Origin: a virus
Virus record (IMG/VR): IMGVR_UViG_3300032007_000176
Coordinates: 1 to 41,399 of that record
Strand: one strand, 5' to 3'
Length of the DNA stretch: 41,399 nt
Of the stretch, positions 15,139-23,516 are shown piece after piece. The notes beneath the pieces were generated by a model. The model saw only the letters and a list, made by a program, of their open reading frames with translations. It had not been told where the DNA came from and did not search any database. The number at the start of each line of letters is the position of its first letter. Position 1 is the stretch's first letter. The position numbers and the translations under genes are program-made.

Positions 15139-16404
15139 TTAGACGGTGGTAGGCTCGGGCTCAACGAGTTTGATGAGCTTGAAGGCCTGGGGCCTGTTGC
15201 TGTCATTGCCGTTGACCTTGCTCGAAAGTTCGGTCATAGAGAGTTCTGTGTTGAGCACCAGGACTGTGGAATTCCTCTTTGCAACTTCAGCAGATTGGGC
15301 ATCTACCGTGAAGCGAACCTCTCCGTGCTGCTCGTAAGCGAGGTAACCCCAATGGCCGATACCGATGTAGAGGTTGCCGTCGGGAGCGGGAACACCGGAG
15401 CTGAGAGCATAGTTCACATAGGGGCTGACCTTGTAGCGATAGCCAAGGCAGCGGCCATTCTCGATGATTGTGCGGTCGCCAATCTGTCCGGGAATCTTCT
15501 TGGTGAAGAGCAGCTCGGTCTCAACCTCCTTGCTCATTACCATTTCAGGCTCGCCCTCGAAGCCGAGGTCCCACATAGCGGCAACCTTCTTGGCGAGGTT
15601 CTTGCCCAGCTCGTCGTCCATAGCAACTTCTTCAACGACAACATTGGCAAACGGAGACTTCAAGGTATTGCCGAAGTTGCAATGGCTATAAACGTGGAGA
15701 GCAGCAAACTTGGCGAGGCCCTTCTGGAACTTGTAGGTCACGAAGCCAAGCAGGTCGAATGCTGCGTTGTCGATTGCGCGGTTGGACACTGCGATTGAAG
15801 CGGCAACACGAGCAGGAGAAGCGTTGAGCTTGTCGAAGTTGATGGCTTGCTCGCCAATAGGCTCTACCTCACCTGCAACGGTGAATTCCACGTCGTCGAT
15901 GGCATAGGGCCATACCTCGTTACCTACGACACCGGTCAGGAGCCGGAGATCGTCGGGCAATTCGAGTCCTGGCACCTTGGTGTCAATGAGTTCGTGGATA
16001 GTCAAAGGCACTGCGCCGGCTGCTTCGATGTTGGCAGTGCTGTTCTGATAAGTGCCAGAGGTGATGGCATCCTTCAGCACGGTGGTGCTGTTGTTGGGGC
16101 CTTGCTCGCGCACGGTCAGTTCCTCACTGTAGGACTCGCGATTATCCTTGACCTTCTTCAGAAGCTCACGGAGTTTCTGGCTCTTTGTCTTTTGCTCGCG
16201 GAACTGCTCGAGCTGCTCGCCGCTTGCCATAGCTTCAGCGCGTGCGCTCAGTCCTTTACTCTCGCGGATGAGGGCTTCGTACTCCTTGGCCTCTGCATCG
16301 TTGAATTCACGATTCTCTCTCTTGACCAACTCGTCGAGCTGATCCATGCGCTCCCAGATGGCAGCCTGACGCTGCTGGAGCTGAGTCTTTGTCATTTTCT
16401 CCAT
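15139..16404 (-). CDS. Major capsid protein, HK97 fold
   Basis: 421 aa. The N-terminal ~100 aa form a coiled-coil delta-domain-like region (MEKMTKTQLQQRQAAIWERMDQLDEL...). The gene follows a prohead protease. Confidence 0.85.
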   Translation of the reverse strand: MEKMTKTQLQQRQAAIWERMDQLDELVKRENREFNDAEAKEYEALIRESKGLSARAEAMASGEQLEQFREQKTKSQKLRELLKKVKDNRESYSEELTVREQGPNNSTTVLKDAITSGTYQNSTANIEAAGAVPLTIHELIDTKVPGLELPDDLRLLTGVVGNEVWPYAIDDVEFTVAGEVEPIGEQAINFDKLNASPARVAASIAVSNRAIDNAAFDLLGFVTYKFQKGLAKFAALHVYSHCNFGNTLKSPFANVVVEEVAMDDELGKNLAKKVAAMWDLGFEGEPEMVMSKEVETELLFTKKIPGQIGDRTIIENGRCLGYRYKVSPYVNYALSSGVPAPDGNLYIGIGHWGYLAYEQHGEVRFTVDAQSAEVAKRNSTVLVLNTELSMTELSSKVNGNDSNRPQAFKLIKLVEPEPTTV

Positions 16405-16446
16405 TTTTCTTAAAACAGTTTTAAGTTGGTTAATAATTAAGTGACT

Positions 16447-17136
16447 TTATATCTTCTCTGTTCTCATTCTCTGAGCTTGGAGGCGCATCATGCGCTGCTT
16501 GCGCTCGCGTTGCTCCTTCTCTTGGGCCTCGCGCTGTGCCTGCTCTGCGGCTGCTTTCTCGGCCTTTCCTTCGGCGGTCATTCCGTCCATCTCGCGCGCG
16601 TTCACGCTCGTCTGGCGATAGGCGGGGTCCATGCCGATTGTGAGTGCAGAAAGGAATTCAAAGCTCTTGTGGCGAATCAGCACCTCGTCCTTGCCGTCTG
16701 CTCCCTTGGTGCGCTGCACCTCGTAGTCCTTCGGGTAGAACTCGAAACTGCAACCCGAGTAATCGCCACGGCGTACCATTTCCAAGCAGCGGTCGCCGAT
16801 GTCACACTTCGGGGCTTCGAACTCGAATGTCACGCCCTGTTCGTCCACTGCCATGCGCAAAGAACCTACGCCCTTGTTGCAACGTGCAACAGTTAGCTCT
16901 CGCTCGTGCAGCATGTTCATCTTCACGTCCTGTGTGTTCAGGAACTCCATAGTGACGGCCTCCGGCAATATCACTTCGCGGAACCTTTCTCCCCAATCGT
17001 CGAGTACTTCGCTTTCAGCATTGAAAACGATGGCACGCCCCGTGATGGTGCGAGACTCGCCCGCCTGACTGCCTTCCGCTTCTCTAACGGCCAGCTGGCA
17101 GTCAATGGTTCTGATTTCTCTTTTTTTGGCATCCAT
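16447..17136 (-). CDS. Prohead protease (HK97 / S78 family)
   Basis: ITGRAIVFNAESEVLDDWGERFREVILPEAV...NMLHERE matches the family layout. The C-terminal tail is charged coiled coil. Confidence 0.8.
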   Translation of the reverse strand: MDAKKREIRTIDCQLAVREAEGSQAGESRTITGRAIVFNAESEVLDDWGERFREVILPEAVTMEFLNTQDVKMNMLHERELTVARCNKGVGSLRMAVDEQGVTFEFEAPKCDIGDRCLEMVRRGDYSGCSFEFYPKDYEVQRTKGADGKDEVLIRHKSFEFLSALTIGMDPAYRQTSVNAREMDGMTAEGKAEKAAAEQAQREAQEKEQRERKQRMMRLQAQRMRTEKI

Positions 17137-17186
17137 ATTTTTCTTTTGTTGTTCGTTTACTTAGCTGCGCAAAGCGTGTGTCAGGG

Positions 17187-17678
17187 TTACCCTTCCATTT
17201 CGCCGCCGCCGGTGTTGTTGCCGCCACCTTCGCCGCCCGTCACGTCATCGTCGCCGGTCGGTGTCTCGGTGCCTTCCTTTTCGTCCTTCTCTGTCGCCCA
17301 AGAGAGGCTGGCAGCACTGATGGCGCTCTCGATGCCTTCCGACGGCTTGTAGTTTACTTTCGGCTTCATGTCCGTCAGCTTCAGCTCTTCGGCGTCCAGC
17401 TCCCACTTCGATTTCACGGCCGGGTAGAGCGTTCCGAGCGGACCGAGGTCCACGATGATGCCCTGCTTGATTTCCTCGCAGATGCCCTCCAGCAACAGTT
17501 CTGCCGCAAGGCTGGCTTCCTTGGGGTGCAGGGTGGTGTTCTTGGCACTCTGACGTGCTATCTCGTCGAACGACTTTTTACCGTTGGTAATGACGCGGCC
17601 AAAATAGCCTGTTACTTTCTGCCCTTCAACTTTCCTGACGAGGGCAAGTTTCTTGATTTTCAATTTTAGGTCTGCCAT
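17187..17678 (-). CDS. HU-HIG-like (Bacteroidota histone-like) protein with a Gly-rich acidic tail
   Basis: 163 aa. The N-terminal ...YFGRVITNGKKSFDEIARQSAKNTTLHPKEASLAAELLLEGICEEIKQG... layout supports the call. The tail is GGEGGGNNTGGGEMEG. It is a paralogue of ORF 38292..38696. Confidence 0.5.
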   Translation of the reverse strand: MADLKLKIKKLALVRKVEGQKVTGYFGRVITNGKKSFDEIARQSAKNTTLHPKEASLAAELLLEGICEEIKQGIIVDLGPLGTLYPAVKSKWELDAEELKLTDMKPKVNYKPSEGIESAISAASLSWATEKDEKEGTETPTGDDDVTGGEGGGNNTGGGEMEG

Positions 17679-17681
17679 AGC

Positions 17682-17747
17682 TTTCTGCTGATAGTTTGTG
17701 AATTTTCTGCTGATAGTTTCGGAATTTTCTACTGATAGTTATTTTCC
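17682..17747. repeat. 22-bp tandem repeat x3 just upstream of the HU-like gene
   Basis: The units start at 17682, 17704 and 17726: tttctgctgatagttt(gtgaat), tttctgctgatagttt(cggaat) and tttctactgatagtta(ttttcc). Confidence 0.85.
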
Positions 17748-17772
17748 GTTCAATCCGTTGTCGAAAAAGTCT

Positions 17773-19104
17773 CTATTCTCCGTTGCCCTGTTCGCCTTCC
17801 CCTACGGTGTAGTTCACGGGCTTCAGCTGTGTGCTTGCGTCGCTCTTGGCGATGAGTGCTTTCAGTGTCATCAGGTTGGCACTTGCCAATGGTTCGTCAC
17901 CATCCTTTACGGCTGGCATGTCGAAGTCGCGGCGTGCCTCGTTCACGGTGCAGAGTCCCGACTGCATCTTCAGCTGTGCCACCTTCGCGCGGCGTTCCGG
18001 GTCCATCACCATCAGCGGGTCTTCGCAGATGTGGATGTCGCGGAATCCATAGTCGCTGAAGCCTATCAGCTTGCGGGCAATTTCTTTCTCGTTGCCAGTC
18101 TTCTGTGGCAGGATGGTTCGCGTGTGGAACTCCATCGTCGCGTTCTGGTAGTCGTTGTAGTGCGAGTTCGTATCGAGCATCAGCAGGGGGCGAGGAACGC
18201 CGAAGAACCTTGCTACGTCGTCGTTGGATGCACCCAGTTGCTCAAACATCTGCATCTCGGTAGCGGACATCGAAATGTTCTGCACTTTGTCGAGTCCGCG
18301 AATTGCGAGAACGTCGTGGCCGTTATACATCTTTGTCTGGAGTTCCAGTGCATAGCGGTCCATCTCATCTTTGTTAAGCAATCCAGCTGCTAATGTGCCT
18401 TGTGCAGTGCTCGGCTTTTCCTCGCCGATGATGAGTTTCACCCTGCCACCCTTCGCAGCAGTTTCAAGGCCTTGCGCTTTCAGTGTACGGTTGAGCGAAA
18501 GCGTCTCAATGGCATATTGTAGGGTAGGAAGCCCCCAAAGTCCGTCCAATCTGCGGAACGTGTTCGGGAAGTGCAGGACATTCTCGCGCAGCACGTTGAC
18601 GAGCTCCACATAGCCGTGGTCGCTCAGATACACAATGTTTGCATATCTGCCTGTCACGGTGTTGTAACCGCCCTCACGCACAAGCCACAAGTGACGGGGG
18701 AATCCGAATTCGTCGCGCTCGATATACACGAAGCCGTTTCCGTAAAATAGGCGGTTGATTTCGACCAGCTTCCAAAGGTCTGTTGCCGACATTATTGGGT
18801 TCGGTTCTTCTTGCAGCATGTAGTTGATGCGCTTGCCCAATCCCCTCATGTCTTGCGTGAAGTTGCCCTTCTCGCTGTCCTTCTTGCGATACTGCACGGG
18901 CATGACACTCATTGTGTCAGCGCGAAGATTGACGGCGCGATACACTGCACCGACAAGCAAAGCCTGCTCAGGGTTGCGGGTATAGGAGATGCGCTTCTGG
19001 TAGTCACTACCGACCACCATGTCCGGCTTCTTCTCGTCCGTCGATGTCGGTACCCCTGGCGTCGGTGCTTCGCGCTTGAAAAAGTTCATTCCGAATAGTC
19101 CCAT
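17773..19104 (-). CDS. Portal protein (HK97 family)
   Basis: 443 aa. PEQALLVGAVYRAVNLRADTMSVMPVQYRKK resembles the conserved N-terminal portal segment. The gene lies upstream of the protease and capsid genes. Confidence 0.85.
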   Translation of the reverse strand: MGLFGMNFFKREAPTPGVPTSTDEKKPDMVVGSDYQKRISYTRNPEQALLVGAVYRAVNLRADTMSVMPVQYRKKDSEKGNFTQDMRGLGKRINYMLQEEPNPIMSATDLWKLVEINRLFYGNGFVYIERDEFGFPRHLWLVREGGYNTVTGRYANIVYLSDHGYVELVNVLRENVLHFPNTFRRLDGLWGLPTLQYAIETLSLNRTLKAQGLETAAKGGRVKLIIGEEKPSTAQGTLAAGLLNKDEMDRYALELQTKMYNGHDVLAIRGLDKVQNISMSATEMQMFEQLGASNDDVARFFGVPRPLLMLDTNSHYNDYQNATMEFHTRTILPQKTGNEKEIARKLIGFSDYGFRDIHICEDPLMVMDPERRAKVAQLKMQSGLCTVNEARRDFDMPAVKDGDEPLASANLMTLKALIAKSDASTQLKPVNYTVGEGEQGNGE

Positions 19105-19107
19105 AAC

Positions 19108-20604
19108 TTACTTTCCTTTTTTATTCGCGCGTTTTTTGGCTGTGGGCTTACTTTCCGTCTCGAACGGGATTTCAATCTTGTCGCGCGTAACCTTTAGCGG
19201 GAACTCGTAGGCGTTCGGGAATTTCCAGTCAATCCATGCCGAATTGATGCGCTCGGCAAACTGACCGCCCACGCGGATTTCGTGGGTGAGGGTAAAGAAT
19301 GGCTGTTCGCCGATGTGGTATGCCTTGGGGTTTTCGGTCACGCGCTTCACGATGTCGCCACCGATGCGCTTCAGATATTCTTGCGCAACATCCCACATGA
19401 CGGCCAGCATTTCTTTCCAATCTTCGGTGCGCATGATGCTCAGCGTGCCTAATCGCATTTGTTTGCTTTCGAGCGACTTGTTCCATGCCTTTGCAAAGTC
19501 GGGATATTTATCGTTTATGATCTGCGTGCAGATGTCAAGGTCTTCGGGGTTGCCCCAAGTTGCATATTGTTCGCGCATGGTCATCTGCAGGTCGGCGGGC
19601 TTCGTCGTGATGGCTCCGCGTTCCTCGATGAGTTTCCCTATGTTTGGCACTGCATCCATAAAGCCGAAATAGCGGCGATAGTGGCAGAAGCCGATATACT
19701 TTGGTAACGTCTTCCTTTCGCTCACTTTTTTCATCTGCCACAGCTCGGAATAGTAGAGGTCAGGCACCTTGCATCCCTTCAACTTGCGGCTGTCGATGGT
19801 TTCATATACTTCGTTTTGCACAACCGGCTCAAAGTCGGTATGTGAGCAAATGAATATCTTTGCGTCCGAGTTGTCCTCCGGCTTCCAGTACGCTTCGTTC
19901 TTGCTGAGCCATTCGACCTGCTGTTCGATGTCGTTGCCGCGCCACGAGCCACCGCAATAGTGGATGTAATACTTGTCAATGTCCGGGTAGAGGCGCGCCG
20001 TCAGTTGCGGCTTCGTCTTGATGATGTCCTCCAAGAGTGTCGCACCCGTGTCGTACCAGTTATTGGGGTTATTCATACCCCCTGGCTGTAATGCCCAGCA
20101 TCGCTCTGGGTCATAATACCTTGCGCCGTTTTTGACAAGCAGTGGAACGTTTATATAGCACAGGAACGGCAGCAGTCTGTCCTTTTCGATGCAACGACCA
20201 CGGAACCACTGCACCTTTCCTACTGCTGCGAATTCTTCTTGCCACATGAAGCCGATGTCGTCCTTCAGCAAGATGTCCGACTCCATAAGAATAAAGCCAC
20301 CGGGCAAGAGCTCCCACAGCTTCTGCACACTCATTATGTGCTTTGCGCTGCCGTAGTTGCTCTTTTTTGCCAAATCCCAGCACTTGTTTGGGAATTTTGC
20401 CAGCTCGGCCTCAAAGTCGATGTATTTACCTTTGGTGTTGTCGATGACTTTCACACCTTGCATCTTCGCCTTGAACGGACGCTTGTCCGAATTGTCGAAC
20501 ACCGTTACGTCATAGCGCGTTCCTGTATGCTTGCGCAGGCTCAGGATGGCCGCCTCTGTCAGCTCGGGCGTGTTGTAGTGTACGATTGCGATTTGTTTCT
20601 TCAT
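19108..20604 (-). CDS. Two-domain glycosyltransferase (GT2-like N domain plus DUF4422-like C domain)
   Basis: The N domain has IAIVHYNTPELTEAAILSLRKH...VTVFDNSD and an acidic ILMESDILL motif. The C domain has IFICSHTDFEPV and FCHYRRYF, the HYRRY signature of DUF4422. Confidence 0.7.
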   Translation of the reverse strand: MKKQIAIVHYNTPELTEAAILSLRKHTGTRYDVTVFDNSDKRPFKAKMQGVKVIDNTKGKYIDFEAELAKFPNKCWDLAKKSNYGSAKHIMSVQKLWELLPGGFILMESDILLKDDIGFMWQEEFAAVGKVQWFRGRCIEKDRLLPFLCYINVPLLVKNGARYYDPERCWALQPGGMNNPNNWYDTGATLLEDIIKTKPQLTARLYPDIDKYYIHYCGGSWRGNDIEQQVEWLSKNEAYWKPEDNSDAKIFICSHTDFEPVVQNEVYETIDSRKLKGCKVPDLYYSELWQMKKVSERKTLPKYIGFCHYRRYFGFMDAVPNIGKLIEERGAITTKPADLQMTMREQYATWGNPEDLDICTQIINDKYPDFAKAWNKSLESKQMRLGTLSIMRTEDWKEMLAVMWDVAQEYLKRIGGDIVKRVTENPKAYHIGEQPFFTLTHEIRVGGQFAERINSAWIDWKFPNAYEFPLKVTRDKIEIPFETESKPTAKKRANKKGK

Positions 20605-20610
20605 AGTTCC

Positions 20611-20925
20611 TTATATTATTTCCGTTGCTGTTATCTGTACGATATTGCTCTGGTAGTCGCGGTGGAGGCTCTGTATCTGATATGTCACGCCGTCGTGCTG
20701 GAGTCGGCTGTCGCGCGTTACCGTTGGCGTCCAGCGCATGCGTATCATCACGGTGTCGTAGGCGTCCAGCGCACCCTCGCGCAGGCTCTTCACGCCCTTG
20801 CTCCATGTGAGGTCTGCCCAAACCGTCTCCGCCAGCACGTAGTCGGTGGTGGCTCCGAATTCGGTGGCCACCTGCTTGTTCAGAATGCCGACGCGATACT
20901 TCAAAAGTCCTGCTGCGTATGCCAT
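20611..20925 (-). CDS. Head closure / head-tail adaptor protein
   Basis: 104 aa. The KYRVGILNKQ...WADLTW...IRMRW...RLQHDGVTYQIQSL pattern resembles the SPP1 gp16 / HK97 gp9 class. Confidence 0.6.
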   Translation of the reverse strand: MAYAAGLLKYRVGILNKQVATEFGATTDYVLAETVWADLTWSKGVKSLREGALDAYDTVMIRMRWTPTVTRDSRLQHDGVTYQIQSLHRDYQSNIVQITATEII

Positions 20926-20964
20926 AATTCCTCTTTTTGTGTCGGGCGAAAGTGTGCTGCGGTA

Positions 20965-21357
20965 TTACTGCGGAATGGCGAGCTCGCCGTCGCCGACGAA
21001 AGAAAAAGCACCCGTGGCAAGGTTGCCGCGCGTGGCAGTCACTTTGGCCTGTGTGCAGAGTGCCGAGCCGGTGAGCAACAGCGTATTGCTGCTGCCACGT
21101 TCGTAGATGCGCACGGTATACGTCTGACCGATGCGCAGAAGGTCGCGCAACTTGGTGCCAGACACGCCATTCGGCATAACGAGCCACGAGGTGCTGAAGC
21201 TCCAACCCTTGCGGCCTGCAATATGCTGCTTCCACACGCCAGTCAGCGGAGACGTCACCTCGATGGCCTCGCACTCCGTCTGTATCTCGTTGCTCTTCGT
21301 CCCGGCCAGTGGCGTGCTGGTTCCGTCGAGAGAAATAAAAATCTTGTTTCCGTTCAT
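20965..21357 (-). CDS. Tail tube-like protein, third paralogue
   Basis: 130 aa. CEAIEVTSPLTGVWKQHIAGRKGWSFSTSWLV is the tube-protein segment. Confidence 0.45.
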   Translation of the reverse strand: MNGNKIFISLDGTSTPLAGTKSNEIQTECEAIEVTSPLTGVWKQHIAGRKGWSFSTSWLVMPNGVSGTKLRDLLRIGQTYTVRIYERGSSNTLLLTGSALCTQAKVTATRGNLATGAFSFVGDGELAIPQ

Positions 21358-23516
21358 GTTACTTCGATGAATTTAAGTTTTTCGGTGTCCCTTGCCCAGT
21401 CGCGCTGAAACGTGATGCCAAAGAATTTCCGATTCAGATACGTGAATCTCTGCGTGAATATGTTCACACCGTCACGCACAACACCTATAAATGTGCGACG
21501 CACCTCTCCGTACATTGCCACCATGCGGTCGAGAAGGTTCAGCTCTGGGCGCTGCGTCTTTGTGGTGCCTTGGTCGGTGTTGTAGGTGACTTCGGTCAGA
21601 TATTCGTTAGCGCTTTTTTTCAGGAACACAGCGCTCGGCACGTTGTTATTGATAGTCCCGACGCCAACGTTTATCATCTTATCCTCACTAAATCCGCTTG
21701 CGATGATCTGCTTGCGGTATGTATTGCTGCCGCGCTCGCTGGCTACAATTGAGATTGGGCGGACGTGTGTGATTGAAAGGTCGTGAAGTATGTGTGAGTA
21801 GCAATACCTGTACACCGAGTCCGTGGTCGTTACAGGAATGTAGTTGAGGATGTAGAACGACACCGAGCCTTCGAGGTTCTCGGACACAGGAATGAAGAAT
21901 CCGTCCGTCTCGTTGATGTTCATGTCGGGTGTCTTGTTCGTCTGTGGAGCATTGTTGATGATATTGAACCAAAATCCAGTATCTGGTGCAGAGCCACCCG
22001 TCACCCAGTTTGTCCCGTTCCACCACTTTTCGCCAACGCGAATGCACATGCGCATCTCGGCTCTAACATCCTTTCCAAAAACTGCGCTTGCATCATCAAA
22101 AAGATAAGGTCTTCCGCTCACCCCGTCGTACCAGATGATGTTGTGCCATGTGAAGTTGATTCTTATCCATCCGTCCTGAGCCACGAGTCCAATAGCACTG
22201 TCGATGCGATAAATGACCGCTTGGTCTGCATTTCCGCTTGGGTGTGTAGCAGAGGTGCGATATTGCGTGTTGAGATATAGGCCATTCCGCAACACCACAC
22301 GCTCCGATCCGGACTGATATGCCCACCTAATAGGGAATGCGCCTGAAAACAGCGGCACGTTGTTTTCGGCGTAGGGGTTTGACGAATATCCTTTGAACAA
22401 CGTACCGGCAAGCGTGGCGGCATAGTTGCTCATGCCTTGCAAATCGTATAGCAAATAATATGGATAAATAAAATCCTCTATCTGATGGCGTGGAGGGTGT
22501 GGCTGTATGTATAGCAGGCCTGTGTGCAACGCGAATTGTACGGGCGTGTCCTCGCTTTCCGTGGCCAGCGGCAGTTCTATCTTGAACTGTAGGCCGTGCA
22601 GAGCAAGCTCCACTTTTGCATTTCTGCCTCCCTGGATGTAGCTCGCTTCGTTATCAGACCCAGCGAAGTCCAATACGTTGAGCATATCCACATCCGCAAC
22701 CGCTACAGGACTATTGCCGTAATTTGAGCCGTTGGCAATGTAGCCGTCGAAATAGTCCCAAGCGATAGAATTGCGATAAAGCGCACCATTCTCTTTGTCG
22801 TAGGATGCAACTTCCAACGTGCTGCCATTCTCTCGCATGCATACACCATACAGACGCATGATGCCTTCCAGTACCTCGGCGTATGACTTGCCGACAATCT
22901 GCGTGAAAACGTCGCCCTCATTGTCCACATTTTCCTCGCTGAAGAATGCCGCGCACCGCACGAAGATATGAAACACGTCTGCCACCATGTCCGCGATGCT
23001 CGACTGCCAGCTGATACGCTCAGGCGTGACCTGCAAGGCGTCAAATGCATTGCAAATGACGCGGGCGATGCGAAGTTCAAGACTTGCATTCGCATCTTCG
23101 ATTGGCACGTCATCCAGTGCACCAAGCAGCGATTTTACAGGGATTTCTATCATTTTGGCGTTTCCGTCCCACGCTTGTGTGAACGCCTCTGCGCAGACAA
23201 AGCCCTGCCACCTTATCGTTCCGTCCACGAAAGTGTCGCCGTTGTACGTGCCAGAATACAACCGCACCAACTTCTCGGTGTTGTTCGACGGCACTATCTG
23301 TTCGAGTAAGCTTCCAGATTCGTCGATTATGCGCAGGTAGCCAGTCTGCGAACGTATCGGAGTGAATACGTCTTCAGATTGTTCTTCTTGCGTCTCGAAA
23401 GGGTCGGCCGCTCCCGTCAGCGTTGTGACGGTTCCGCTGGTGTGCTCATAGATATACACCATATATTGTGTACCTCCGAGCGACTGAAATGGCACTCTGT
23501 ATCTTTTATACCACAT
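21354..23516 (-). CDS. Large tail / distal tail-hub protein
   Basis: 720-aa ORF immediately after the tape measure gene. No motif was recognised, so the call rests on position alone. Confidence 0.5.
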   Translation of the reverse strand: MWYKRYRVPFQSLGGTQYMVYIYEHTSGTVTTLTGAADPFETQEEQSEDVFTPIRSQTGYLRIIDESGSLLEQIVPSNNTEKLVRLYSGTYNGDTFVDGTIRWQGFVCAEAFTQAWDGNAKMIEIPVKSLLGALDDVPIEDANASLELRIARVICNAFDALQVTPERISWQSSIADMVADVFHIFVRCAAFFSEENVDNEGDVFTQIVGKSYAEVLEGIMRLYGVCMRENGSTLEVASYDKENGALYRNSIAWDYFDGYIANGSNYGNSPVAVADVDMLNVLDFAGSDNEASYIQGGRNAKVELALHGLQFKIELPLATESEDTPVQFALHTGLLYIQPHPPRHQIEDFIYPYYLLYDLQGMSNYAATLAGTLFKGYSSNPYAENNVPLFSGAFPIRWAYQSGSERVVLRNGLYLNTQYRTSATHPSGNADQAVIYRIDSAIGLVAQDGWIRINFTWHNIIWYDGVSGRPYLFDDASAVFGKDVRAEMRMCIRVGEKWWNGTNWVTGGSAPDTGFWFNIINNAPQTNKTPDMNINETDGFFIPVSENLEGSVSFYILNYIPVTTTDSVYRYCYSHILHDLSITHVRPISIVASERGSNTYRKQIIASGFSEDKMINVGVGTINNNVPSAVFLKKSANEYLTEVTYNTDQGTTKTQRPELNLLDRMVAMYGEVRRTFIGVVRDGVNIFTQRFTYLNRKFFGITFQRDWARDTEKLKFIEVT

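Noticed and set aside
20239-21408. Long plus-strand track ORFs antisense to conserved phage genes: 20239..21408 (389 aa), 3691..4557, 15130..15798, 23916..24749, 25450..26349, 33852..34550 and others.
   Set aside because: Each lies fully opposite a minus-strand gene with clear motifs (glycosyltransferase, capsid, tape measure and so on). Their Leu/Arg/His/Ala-rich composition is typical of antisense shadow ORFs in moderately GC-rich DNA.
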